In this document: positions 38,061 to 47,046 of the stretch, one piece after another
Numbering within the stretch: position 1 is the stretch's first letter
Layout: the number at the start of each line of letters is the position of its first letter
IMG/VR virus record: IMGVR_UViG_3300028805_002025
Location: 128,001 to 192,000 of that record
DNA from: a virus
Lineage: Duplodnaviria > Caudoviricetes
DNA: 64,000 bases
Strand: one strand, 5' to 3'
Made by a program: the position numbers and the translations under genes
Notes under the pieces: generated by a model
Databases searched by the model: none
Told to the model about the DNA's origin: nothing
The model's input: only the letters and a program-made list of their open reading frames with translations

Positions 38061-38092
38061 TTTGGATATTCCAATCTTTTTCCTTAACTTTG
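38061..38092 (+). promoter_or_regulatory. sigma-A promoter
   Basis: TTTG-N20-TAACTTTG. Confidence 0.8.
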
Positions 38093-38121
38093 CATCGTCA
38101 AACAATTTAAACGTTACTGCA

Positions 38122-38265
38122 ATGAGATTTTATAAGAATGTTTGGGGGATTATATGGGAGTTCAACTCCTTATGGGAATACATCCAGTTTCTCATCGGAA
38201 GAGTGATTGGAACTGTCATTTTCGTCGTTATCGTATACTTACTTTACAAATACTATCCGTTATGA
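38122..38265 (+). CDS. small membrane protein
   Basis: 47 aa, one hydrophobic segment, ATGA-coupled to the next gene. Confidence 0.6.
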   Translation: MRFYKNVWGIIWEFNSLWEYIQFLIGRVIGTVIFVVIVYLLYKYYPL

Positions 38266-38675
38266 TTATCTGCGAGTCAAGATTGAAATGTCTCTTCATG
38301 GATTATAACGAGGAGTTCTTTGAGGACACCCTCCCTATGCCAGAGATTGTGATATTCCACAGTACTAAGAACTTTGGATACTTCGAGTGTGAGTTCTGCA
38401 ATGGTGAGGTTATAAACCCAGTCATTAAGATAAGTGACAGGTATAATTACAAGCCGACACAGCTTCGTGACATCCTTGTACATGAAATGCTGCATTACTA
38501 CCTTGCATACACTGGTGAGGATACAAAAGTTCATCATGGTAAAGAGTTCATCCGCATGGCTAGGAGTTTAAACAGAAGCTATGGTCTGCATATCACTGAG
38601 ACCATTAATGACAAGGAGTACACAAAAAACAAAGACACAAGTCTGTTTAAGCGCATTATCGGCAAATTATTCTGA
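38262..38675 (+). CDS. SprT-like zinc metalloprotease
   Basis: YNEEFFEDTLP, ILVHEMLHY (HExxH), HGKEF. Confidence 0.8.
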   Translation: MIICESRLKCLFMDYNEEFFEDTLPMPEIVIFHSTKNFGYFECEFCNGEVINPVIKISDRYNYKPTQLRDILVHEMLHYYLAYTGEDTKVHHGKEFIRMARSLNRSYGLHITETINDKEYTKNKDTSLFKRIIGKLF

Positions 38676-38684
38676 AGTCCGTGA

Positions 38685-38692
38685 TATTTATA
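38685..38692 (+). promoter_or_regulatory. putative late promoter TATTTATA
   Basis: about 16 nt before ATG 38708. Confidence 0.6.
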
Positions 38693-38707
38693 GCAAATAT
38701 CAGACTG

Positions 38708-39385
38708 ATGAATATAAGACAAATAATATCAGAAGCAATTGACAGGGCTGTACTTGCCAGATATGCTTCAAACCTTGAGGTTGAAATGGGTAGGATTGAT
38801 AACATGGACTTATCAACCATAAACCCACTTTCATTCAAATACGTTAGTGCATTGTATGTCTATGCGTCCGATATCGTATATGCCATAAGGTCTAACAGAA
38901 TAATGCCCCCAAGAAACTCGTCTCCAAGACCAGCTTCTACGAACAGTAAGAACATCTATAACCCTAACTATAATGCCTACGAGAGGGACAGCTTCAAGAA
39001 CCAGGCTGCTAACTTCATAAAGAACGCCCCAACACAGGTTGGAAACTTCATGAACGATATAGGTATCCAGGGAACAGGTCTCATGAATGGTGTTTGGCAA
39101 ACGGCAGTAGATACAACGCAGGACTACTACACTAAGAACAAGCTGAATAAGGACATGCAACAGGCACAGGCGCAGGCTGCTGCCCAGAAGAAGTCACCAA
39201 GACGTGTAACAAAGAGGAAACCTTCTGGTGCTGACTTAACAACGCTGTGCGGGTCATTCCAGAACTACAAGAATGAGTATGGTCTCACAAACAGCAGGAC
39301 TGGTAATGAACTAGCAAGAATAAGACCAGTAACAGATATGATTACCATTATAGAAAACATAAAAAATGCACTAAGGACTACTTAG
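38708..39385 (+). CDS. hypothetical late protein, candidate internal head protein
   Basis: MNIRQIISEAIDRAVL leader; late motif upstream. Confidence 0.7.
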   Translation: MNIRQIISEAIDRAVLARYASNLEVEMGRIDNMDLSTINPLSFKYVSALYVYASDIVYAIRSNRIMPPRNSSPRPASTNSKNIYNPNYNAYERDSFKNQAANFIKNAPTQVGNFMNDIGIQGTGLMNGVWQTAVDTTQDYYTKNKLNKDMQQAQAQAAAQKKSPRRVTKRKPSGADLTTLCGSFQNYKNEYGLTNSRTGNELARIRPVTDMITIIENIKNALRTT

Positions 39386-39399
39386 TGCATTTCTTTTTT
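39361..39399. terminator. bidirectional terminator
   Basis: AAATGCACTAAG-GACTA-CTTAGTGCATTT between convergent genes. Confidence 0.85.
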
Positions 39400-39640
39400 A
39401 TTCAAACACTTCATCACCAGTAACACCCTGGCTCATATTTGTAAACATATTTATATCCGATGAATAACTTGAGTTTTCCATTGCTGCTGCTCTAGCCTCC
39501 ATGTGTTCGTTGTACTTGTGTATGTAGTACTTCCTGTCACGTATAGGCATGTTCTCAAGCACGTCAAATGGTATCTTCACGTACATATGGCAAGCGAATA
39601 ACTCCTCTTTAAGATTCTGTTCATATGTCGGATATATTGA
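39398..39640 (-). CDS. tail/baseplate assembly chaperone second segment; start unclear, possibly reached by frameshift
   Basis: DVLENMPIRDRKYYI motif; overlaps the end of the upstream ORF in the +1 frame. Confidence 0.55.
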   Translation of the reverse strand, partial: SIYPTYEQNLKEELFACHMYVKIPFDVLENMPIRDRKYYIHKYNEHMEARAAAMENSSYSSDINMFTNMSQGVTGDEVFE

Positions 39641-40919
39641 GGAAAACAGAATCGTCCCAATTAAGAAAGGTTTTAAATGAGCCACCTCCAAGGCTCTCTG
39701 GTCTCTGTACCTCGATGTCAAAGTCTATTCCAGGCTTATTCTCATTGATATACCTTCTCAACATGAGTGAATCACGTGCTGGCATTGAATTAATATACTT
39801 TCTGATATAATCCCTGTCAGTATTCCCGTTTACAGACATAATTTGGAACTGTAATGAGTTTGTGATAATCTTGTTGAACCTTGAATCGTTCTCCTTCTTG
39901 AGTTTTTCTGACCACTTCTCCATGACCTTAATGGCACTTTTGATAACCTTCTTGTCATTATCATCAATGAATTTGTCACCAATCATGGAAGCATTAAGAG
40001 TTTCTATTTCCTCGTCAAGCATATATGCCTTAGTGCCATAGTTCTCAAGTTCATTAACCTTCTGAATCTGTTTCTCCATCTTCCTTGTAAGGTATCTGAA
40101 CTTAATCTTATCCTTCTTCAATGGTGTCTCGAACTCAAACCATCCGTTCTCGTCTCCTATAAGCTTAAAATCCTTTGGTTTAAGCGTTGTTAGGTCGATA
40201 GTAGTCTCAATCTGTTCACCTGTCTCTGGGTCACGAACTACGATAGGAAAATCAGGTCCATAACTGGTTGCTCTCAAGAACAATATAATAGCATCCGCAT
40301 CACCGCTTACCAGCTCGTCAACGTTTATGTTCTTGTTTACAATCTTATTCTTCAGAAGGAAATCGATTACGAGTCCGTCCTTATACAGATTTGGCGACGT
40401 AATGATATTCTCATCATACGCAGTAAGATAAGCAACAGGTACTCTGTCAAGCTTGCTCTTGTAACACTGTCCGTTACTTGGTAACTGGATAACGTCATAC
40501 TGTACATTTGATTCAATGTCGCTGAATGTGGATTCAGTGCTTACCACAGACTCACTTGGTGTCAAGTCGTATTCCTCTTGCTTAACCTCCGCAAACTTTG
40601 TCTCTTGAGGAGTCTCAACAATCTCCTTCTCAGCCTCCCTCTCGTTAAGAATGTCGAATATCGACATGTCTGTATCACCGAAAAGGTCGTTTGACTTGGC
40701 TGTTGGCTTCGTGGCAGTATACTGCTGAGGATTGTCAAGGGCAGTAGGGTCTATTGAGTTTATGTGGTCAATAACCTCCTGCTGGGCACGAACAATCTGG
40801 TCAATCTTCTTTCCTCTCTCCTTCGTTTCCTTCTTTGTCTTTTCCAACATTTCATTATTTGCAAGGAGAATCTTTATCTGGCTCTCCTGCTCCTCTGTTA
40901 GTTTCTTCTTGTTTGCCAT
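39621..40919 (-). CDS. baseplate hub assembly protein, T4 gp26-like
   Basis: VIQLPSNGQCY, YLTAYDENII, GDADAIILFLRATSYG, IKFRYLT, MPARDS. Confidence 0.7.
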   Translation of the reverse strand: MANKKKLTEEQESQIKILLANNEMLEKTKKETKERGKKIDQIVRAQQEVIDHINSIDPTALDNPQQYTATKPTAKSNDLFGDTDMSIFDILNEREAEKEIVETPQETKFAEVKQEEYDLTPSESVVSTESTFSDIESNVQYDVIQLPSNGQCYKSKLDRVPVAYLTAYDENIITSPNLYKDGLVIDFLLKNKIVNKNINVDELVSGDADAIILFLRATSYGPDFPIVVRDPETGEQIETTIDLTTLKPKDFKLIGDENGWFEFETPLKKDKIKFRYLTRKMEKQIQKVNELENYGTKAYMLDEEIETLNASMIGDKFIDDNDKKVIKSAIKVMEKWSEKLKKENDSRFNKIITNSLQFQIMSVNGNTDRDYIRKYINSMPARDSLMLRRYINENKPGIDFDIEVQRPESLGGGSFKTFLNWDDSVFLNISDI

Positions 40920-40934
40920 AACTATATCTTCTCA

Positions 40935-41114
40935 TTATTTTATTTTTCCATCAAGTCTTCCAATTAGACCTTCTACCTTGATAACCCTGTTTTCAACATT
41001 ATCCATGCGTGTTGAAAGACGGTTAATCATGTTCTGAATCTCTTCCATGTGCTTATGGAGTTTATCAAACTCTTTCTTAAAGTCTGATTCCTCCATGAAA
41101 CTTCCCTTAACCAT
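40935..41114 (-). CDS. small coiled-coil protein (not in ORF track)
   Basis: 59 aa MVKGSFMEESDFKKEFDKLHKHMEEIQ..., fills gap. Confidence 0.65.
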   Translation of the reverse strand: MVKGSFMEESDFKKEFDKLHKHMEEIQNMINRLSTRMDNVENRVIKVEGLIGRLDGKIK

Positions 41115-41117
41115 AGC

Positions 41118-41735
41118 TTATATCTTATCAATTAAACTTATTTTCTCAACATAAACGATAAGAGTGCCACCGCCTAAATCATCCATAATCTTACAGTTCT
41201 CCAGGATTGCATAGATGTCCTCATTTGCCTTATTCTTGAAATGCATCTTAACGTTTCTCTTAGGTTGTTTTGATGCTACCCAAGCATCACCAGCCTTACC
41301 CCTGTAGCTTTCAATCTTCTTATGCTCCTTGCTCCAGATGGAATACTCAGTCTCGAAATCCTCCTCCGACGTATCCATGTCAAGCTCCAGCATTTCAACA
41401 AAGTCACCCTGGGTTGCAAACTTCTGGATAATACCATCTACACTCTCGTCCTCCCCGTCCTCATTGTAGAGACTAGCCTCACATGACGAATAAGCCACTT
41501 TATCTTCCTTCTGCTGGGCGTTTGCACCGAACTTGTATGTCTTACCATCTGAGCCTGTAAAAACGTCCCTAGAGCCGTTTTTGTACTGATACATAGTATT
41601 CTCTACAATGTCCTTATTCCTCATGTAGTCATCATACACAGCATTGGTATACTCACCCTCTCCATAGTATGACTCATCAGCGTCGAACTCTCCGTCATTA
41701 TAATCGTAATACGGTAAATATAACGTAACTTTCAT
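41118..41735 (-). CDS. acidic hypothetical protein
   Basis: 205 aa; TATTTAT motif at 41753-41759. Confidence 0.75.
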   Translation of the reverse strand: MKVTLYLPYYDYNDGEFDADESYYGEGEYTNAVYDDYMRNKDIVENTMYQYKNGSRDVFTGSDGKTYKFGANAQQKEDKVAYSSCEASLYNEDGEDESVDGIIQKFATQGDFVEMLELDMDTSEEDFETEYSIWSKEHKKIESYRGKAGDAWVASKQPKRNVKMHFKNKANEDIYAILENCKIMDDLGGGTLIVYVEKISLIDKI

Positions 41736-41759
41736 ACTCTTAAAGTTTATGAATAAATA

Positions 41760-41933
41760 TTAGGAATTTGTTTTTATAATCTCATTCATACCATCCTGGA
41801 TATAAGTTATTACTTTTTTAACATCTTTTTCAGTAAGATTGTCAAAATTTACCTTATAAATCTCATCCATATAAGCTTTGACATTATCCATAAAACGATA
41901 TGTCTGTTTCCAGAATCCTTCCTCTTTATTCAT
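41760..41933 (-). CDS. small hypothetical protein (not in ORF track)
   Basis: 57 aa MNKEEGFWKQTYRFMD..., ATGA-coupled to upstream gene. Confidence 0.65.
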   Translation of the reverse strand: MNKEEGFWKQTYRFMDNVKAYMDEIYKVNFDNLTEKDVKKVITYIQDGMNEIIKTNS

Positions 41934-42415
41934 TTTATTTTATTCTTATGCCTTTTATTCTTATTTTCTAAGAGGGACATTTTTGTCTGCTGTAGACCTA
42001 GAATCTTCTTAAGCTCATTCAATACCTGTATTGGCTTCTCACGTATATCTTTCTCCCAAATTCTGATGATTGGTATACCATGAGCAAGTGCCCACCTATT
42101 CTTGTACTCATCGATTCTCTTATTTCTCATCTGCATTGGACTAAGTTTATTCTCGTCAACAATCCTTGGGTCTGCATGATAATATCCACCATCAATTTCA
42201 ATCAACAAATTATGTTCTGGAAGATAAAAGTCATAGAATCTGCCAATATCCTTAGCTTCAAACTGCCACACAAATTTCACCCCAAGTTTAACCAGAAAGT
42301 CTCTTGCGAAGTCTTCTTCCAACTTGGACGTACCGAACTTGGGGTGATGCCACTTTTGTTTCGGCTTTATTGTCTTCTTTTTTGTTAACGGTTTCTTCTT
42401 AATTGGCTGTTTCAT
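41930..42415 (-). CDS. Vsr/DUF559-like PD-(D/E)xK endonuclease
   Basis: SKLEEDF, FYDFYLP, LIEIDGGYYH, IIRIWE. Confidence 0.8.
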   Translation of the reverse strand: MKQPIKKKPLTKKKTIKPKQKWHHPKFGTSKLEEDFARDFLVKLGVKFVWQFEAKDIGRFYDFYLPEHNLLIEIDGGYYHADPRIVDENKLSPMQMRNKRIDEYKNRWALAHGIPIIRIWEKDIREKPIQVLNELKKILGLQQTKMSLLENKNKRHKNKIK

Positions 42416-43112
42416 AGCTTACGCCATCGAAATTGATTTGAAGCATTATCTGACTAGGGTCTGTCTTTGTATATTCGAGTGAACTTCTGAAATAACCTTC
42501 TATCTCACAACCCACATACTTTTCCTTGTATACGATAGCACCAGTTCGGTCAATACGCTTGATTGTCATGGTGAACTTTCTTCCAACGTTACCCTCTATG
42601 ACAGACAGAATAGGGTATCTACTTCCAAAGATAGTAGTAATGAAATCGTTTATCGCAATTTCAATCTTATTCTTGCCAAGGAAAGTAACAAACTGTACCA
42701 TATTGCTTGGAATATTAAGGTCGTCAAGCTCTACAACGAATCCAGAAGTAAACAGTATATCATGGATATTTGTATTCACGATAGCCGCATCAAGGTTAAC
42801 TAGTTTCGCCTCATTACTCTTGGCAATATTGTCATACAAATCATAGTTATGGTGACAAGTACAGGTTGGAGAACCACAACAGGTATTGTCTTTCTTGATA
42901 TTATCAAACATACTTGTACTTGCGGTCTTCGTAGGCTGTTCATTCTCTTTCCTTAGTTCTTCAATTTCCTTAAGAGTTTCATTTATTTCAGCCTTCATCA
43001 TATCCAATGTTTTTCCAGGAACATTGTTTTTCCTAAACATTTCGTGAAGAGTATTCATCAACATCTTATGTTCGTTAATCTTCATTTCCAATCTTTTCTC
43101 TACACTTAACAT
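42399..43112 (-). CDS. protein with C-terminal tail-tube-like domain
   Basis: IDRTGAIVYKEKYVGC...LEY...INFD parallels tube LDPTGVVVSKWILKNT...LDY...LRFD. Confidence 0.6.
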   Translation of the reverse strand: MLSVEKRLEMKINEHKMLMNTLHEMFRKNNVPGKTLDMMKAEINETLKEIEELRKENEQPTKTASTSMFDNIKKDNTCCGSPTCTCHHNYDLYDNIAKSNEAKLVNLDAAIVNTNIHDILFTSGFVVELDDLNIPSNMVQFVTFLGKNKIEIAINDFITTIFGSRYPILSVIEGNVGRKFTMTIKRIDRTGAIVYKEKYVGCEIEGYFRSSLEYTKTDPSQIMLQINFDGVSYETAN

Positions 43113-43125
43113 ATTCTTAAATCTT

Positions 43126-44274
43126 TTACGCTTTATTATTGTCATTGTCAAAATCTAATATCTTTTCAATTATCGGGGACATGTCATAGTACTTGTATTC
43201 TCCTAAACGTCCTCCAAAAATCACATTATTCTCCTTCTCAGCAAGCATGCGATACTGCTCTGCCAACAAGTTATTTCGCTTATCATTTATTGTATAATAT
43301 CGTTCCATTCCTTCCTTATATTCAGATGGTAACTCCCTTGTAATAACAGTTACAGAACTGTCATATATTTTTTGTCCAAACATCTCGAAATGCTTATGCT
43401 CAATAATCCTAGTATAAGGCGTTTCAGAATCAGTATAATTCATCACGGCATTTCCTTGATAGTTAGGTGTATCTAGCACCTTCTCCTCGAAAGATACTGT
43501 ACGCCATTCGAGTTTTCCAAGCCTGTAATCGAAATATTCATCAATAGCACCAGTATACACTATCTTGTCAGCAATGGATTCCCAATACTTGCGGTTCTCT
43601 AAGAAATCTACATTAACCCTGGTTTCAATGCCGTCCAACAATCCATCGATAAGCTTATTGTAACCACCAATTGGTATACCTTGGTACAGGTCATTGAAAT
43701 AGTTGTTATCGTAAACGAAACGGACAGGAAGACGCTTGATAATGAAAGCTGGCAGTTCTGTACATTTACGTCCCCACTGCTTTTCAGTATAGCCTTTGAT
43801 TAATGTTTCATAGATATCCCTACCTATCAGCATCAAAGCTTGCTCCTCCAGGTTACGAGGTTCTGTCACACCCTCTGCCTTCATAGCACTTACAGCTTCA
43901 GACTTCTGTTCTTCTATCTTGGCTTTCGCCTCTTCTGGAGTCAATACGCCCCACATCTGATAGAAGGTGTTCATGTTAAAAGGCAGGTTATACCGCTTAC
44001 CCTTATAGTTGGCAATAGGAGAATTCGTAAAACGATTGAACTCCACTATGGAATTTACGAAATCCCATACCTTTTTGTTGGATGTGTGGAATATATGAGG
44101 ACCATATTTGTGAACATTGATACCATCTATATTCTCACAATAGAGATTCCCACCCAAATTGGGGCGTTTGTCTATCACCAGGCATTTTTTACCGTTTTGT
44201 TTTGCCTTGAATGCAAACATAGAACCAAACAATCCAGCACCAACTATTAGATAATCGTACTTATCATTAGCCAC
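43126..44274 (-). CDS. glf: UDP-galactopyranose mutase
   Basis: IVGAGLFG FAD motif, HKYGPHIFHT, YTEKQWG, RLPVR, YFND.YQGIP, GRLGEYKYYDM. Confidence 0.95.
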   Translation of the reverse strand: MANDKYDYLIVGAGLFGSMFAFKAKQNGKKCLVIDKRPNLGGNLYCENIDGINVHKYGPHIFHTSNKKVWDFVNSIVEFNRFTNSPIANYKGKRYNLPFNMNTFYQMWGVLTPEEAKAKIEEQKSEAVSAMKAEGVTEPRNLEEQALMLIGRDIYETLIKGYTEKQWGRKCTELPAFIIKRLPVRFVYDNNYFNDLYQGIPIGGYNKLIDGLLDGIETRVNVDFLENRKYWESIADKIVYTGAIDEYFDYRLGKLEWRTVSFEEKVLDTPNYQGNAVMNYTDSETPYTRIIEHKHFEMFGQKIYDSSVTVITRELPSEYKEGMERYYTINDKRNNLLAEQYRMLAEKENNVIFGGRLGEYKYYDMSPIIEKILDFDNDNNKA

Positions 44275-45851
44275 TATATAGTATTGTTTTTTAAATTATA
44301 CTTATTTTCCGTTATCTTAATTTCTACTGGTGTCACTTTATTAAAGTGTCTCAAGAAGAAAACGTTTGTCAATCTTTCAGCAAGGAAGCCACCTATCCTC
44401 TTTTGATAATCAAATGTACCATTCTGAGGCATATCCTTTATATCCTTAAAATATTTATCCTGGTTGTTCATAACTCTTGCCTTTATGTCATTTCCAATGA
44501 TGTCTATATATTCATCAAGGACACCTTTTATAAACCTCACATACTCTTTAAAGTCGTCTCTACGCATAATGAACATGTTGTAAATGAACATTATATTTCC
44601 ATTTAAAAAGTATTCCATAGCATTGTAATAATCATTAAACTTTTCCTTTACAATTTTTTCAACAATCTCAAGGTCTTCAATGTTATGGAAGTAAGCGTAC
44701 TGCTCTCTAACGTTTCCGTCAAAACGTACTGGTCTGACAGTTATGGCATCACTCTCTTTAAACACCTCATTCATGTTTGGTATATCATCCATGAACGAAA
44801 AATATCTCCTATAATGGCAGAACCCGACATAAGGTGGAAGGTCTTCGTATTCCGCTACGTTGTAATATGTGAGTATTTCTGAATAGAAATTGTCATCAAG
44901 TCCCTTATATTCCTTTATCTTGTTATTTCTATTATCGACAATCTGATATGCTTTATTATGAACTGGAGGGTCAAAATCCTTATGAGTGCATATAAATATC
45001 TTCAAGTCTTCTTTTGTAGGGTTATCATCCAAGCTAAAACCTTTCTTCTCAAGATATTCCTTCTTCTCTGGTGTTATATCGTTGACTTTGAAGAACTCAT
45101 TAACTGGTATAATCTTCATATAATCGGCGTGTGTTCTGTCACCAAGACCTCTCACCATCTTACCTTCTATGAATTCTTGAATGGTTTTTGTTGTAAAGTG
45201 CTTCAGATATGCATTTTCAAACGTATATGGCGTAAATGGAGAACTGTTATTAATAGCAACACCATCAGCATTACATATCTTTTTTGTAATGATTGGAACG
45301 TGTGGATTCCATCCTATCTCAAAGTCATCAGCCTTACACTTCACAATGGACTTTGTATGGTTATTCTGTGGAAAATTGAAACCAACCTTCTTGTCGTAAT
45401 CCATAGGAGTCGTAAGTCTCTCGTTGACTGGTCTTCCATCATTCTCAATCATATTGTTATCAGTGTAAATCATCCAGTTTACCTTCACACAGTCGAAGTC
45501 ACCCTTTGTATTAACCCACTCAAGATACTCCTGTATGGTAGAATGGTTCTTCAGCACCAGAAACTCGTCAAAGTCGAAGAACGCAACCCAGTCATAGTCA
45601 CTGGCGTACTTGTATCTGACATAGCAATCAGAATAAGCCCTCATCTGTACATTCTCCATGTTCCTGTATGGTATTACCTCCACCAGCTTCTCATCTATAT
45701 ACGGCTGAAGCACTTCCTCGAAGTGTTCCTCACCTTCGTGGTTATTGTCAAATATGGTAATTCTATCAAAGCCAAGTTTTTTGTACCATTCGACAAATTC
45801 AACTGCATACTGGTTCTCCAGCCTTCCGATACAACACAATACTACTTTCAT
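44274..45851 (-). CDS. two-domain glycosyltransferase (GT-A fold plus DUF4422-like domain)
   Basis: EFVEWY..LGFD, WVAFFDFDEF (DxD); IFICTHK, SEI, YVGFCHYRRYF, NMFIM, RIGGFLAERL. Confidence 0.8.
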   Translation of the reverse strand: MKVVLCCIGRLENQYAVEFVEWYKKLGFDRITIFDNNHEGEEHFEEVLQPYIDEKLVEVIPYRNMENVQMRAYSDCYVRYKYASDYDWVAFFDFDEFLVLKNHSTIQEYLEWVNTKGDFDCVKVNWMIYTDNNMIENDGRPVNERLTTPMDYDKKVGFNFPQNNHTKSIVKCKADDFEIGWNPHVPIITKKICNADGVAINNSSPFTPYTFENAYLKHFTTKTIQEFIEGKMVRGLGDRTHADYMKIIPVNEFFKVNDITPEKKEYLEKKGFSLDDNPTKEDLKIFICTHKDFDPPVHNKAYQIVDNRNNKIKEYKGLDDNFYSEILTYYNVAEYEDLPPYVGFCHYRRYFSFMDDIPNMNEVFKESDAITVRPVRFDGNVREQYAYFHNIEDLEIVEKIVKEKFNDYYNAMEYFLNGNIMFIYNMFIMRRDDFKEYVRFIKGVLDEYIDIIGNDIKARVMNNQDKYFKDIKDMPQNGTFDYQKRIGGFLAERLTNVFFLRHFNKVTPVEIKITENKYNLKNNTI

Positions 45852-45867
45852 AACGATATCTTTCCTT

Positions 45868-45915
45868 AAAAAATAAAAAAATAAGTGCAAGAAACAATAG
45901 TTCCTCACACTTATT
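45868..45915 (-). terminator. intrinsic terminator downstream of tail tube gene
   Basis: 16-bp stem with three G-U pairs (minus strand only), then T-tract. Confidence 0.75.
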
Positions 45916-46038
45916 ATTGTTTTTTTAGCCGTCATCTAAAGATTTAATATCCGAAAAAACAAGAAATTACTACAATTTCTTTAATTTTTTTTGTTGATTA
46001 TGCTATGCAAAAACCATAAGCTACTGATTATCAGGCAA

Positions 46039-46527
46039 TTAGTAGCAGAGTATTGCGTAGTCAAATCTCAAGTTTATTGAGATTGTTGCAAGGTCATCGT
46101 TGCTGTAGTCCAACTCACCAAAGTCAGCTTGTGTACACATCGTGTTCTTTAAAATCCACTTAGATACAACAACACCAGTTGGGTCAAGCATTTCAAGCTC
46201 AACATCACGCTTGTAACCAGCTGCATATCCCTGTCTACCACTTACTGACTCAGAGTGAAGACGAACCCACTCCATAACAGCCTGTGAAGCAGAAGGTCCA
46301 ATTGGGTCACGAAGCGTCACCTGCATTTCGTCCCATGTATAACGTCCAACAACGTATGTCTCAGTGTTCAAGAACTGAATTGGCTTGCCTTCCTGTTTGA
46401 TAGAAGGACGCTTTGCACTCTGACACCACCACTCTTGTATACCTAGGTCTGCTGGGAATCTAAGAAGCCATCTATTTTTCCTCAGTGGCTCATAGTTCAA
46501 CGGCATTTTCAAAAGTAAATCACTCAT
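46039..46527 (-). CDS. tail tube protein, T4 gp19-like
   Basis: YEPLRKNRW, RPS, GRYTW, MEWVR, YKRD, LDPTG, FGELDY. Confidence 0.85.
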   Translation of the reverse strand: MSDLLLKMPLNYEPLRKNRWLLRFPADLGIQEWWCQSAKRPSIKQEGKPIQFLNTETYVVGRYTWDEMQVTLRDPIGPSASQAVMEWVRLHSESVSGRQGYAAGYKRDVELEMLDPTGVVVSKWILKNTMCTQADFGELDYSNDDLATISINLRFDYAILCY

Positions 46528-46573
46528 AATTTGTTATATTTTTTTAATCTAGATTATTATTGTCTAATTTTAA

Positions 46574-46581
46574 TATAAATA
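46574..46581 (-). promoter_or_regulatory. putative late promoter TATTTATA
   Basis: about 47 nt before tube ATG. Confidence 0.6.
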
Positions 46582-46609
46582 TACCAATAACACTTTTTTA
46601 CTTAAAAAA

Positions 46610-46641
46610 TTTGTTTTTATCACTTTTTTTATATATCTTTG
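46610..46641 (+). promoter_or_regulatory. sigma-A promoter
   Basis: TTTG-N20-TATCTTTG. Confidence 0.8.
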
Positions 46642-46659
46642 CCAGAAATATACTGTGAT

Positions 46660-47046
46660 ATGATAAAATTGTTATTGTTAATGATACTTGCACACATCGT
46701 AGATGATTACTACCTGCAAGGTATCCTGGCTTCCATGAAGCAAAAGAAATGGTGGCTCGAACAGAAGGGTTATAAAGACATGTACAAGGATGACTACACT
46801 ATAGCACTGCTGATGCATTCTATGTCATGGTCTATCATGATATTGCTCCCAGTAATGGTATTCACAACAACACCAGGTGCTGTCATATGGACGTTTTTTG
46901 TCATCAACGCACTAATACATTACTATGTGGATAACCTAAAAGCCAACGAACTCAAGATAAACCTGGTGGAAGACCAAAGCGTACACTTGCTACAGATACT
47001 TACCACCTGGACAATCATATGCATGGTGTTTACACCTTTGATATAA
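46660..47046 (+). CDS. DUF3307-like membrane protein
   Basis: AHIVDDYYLQ, LLMHS, HYYVD..K, DQSVH with hydrophobic helices. Confidence 0.75.
   Translation: MIKLLLLMILAHIVDDYYLQGILASMKQKKWWLEQKGYKDMYKDDYTIALLMHSMSWSIMILLPVMVFTTTPGAVIWTFFVINALIHYYVDNLKANELKINLVEDQSVHLLQILTTWTIICMVFTPLI

Noticed and set aside
44958-45869. Long antisense ORFs (also 35943..36743, 16615..17256, 47870..48412)
   Set aside because: They shadow well-supported genes on the other strand and lack promoters or recognisable motifs.
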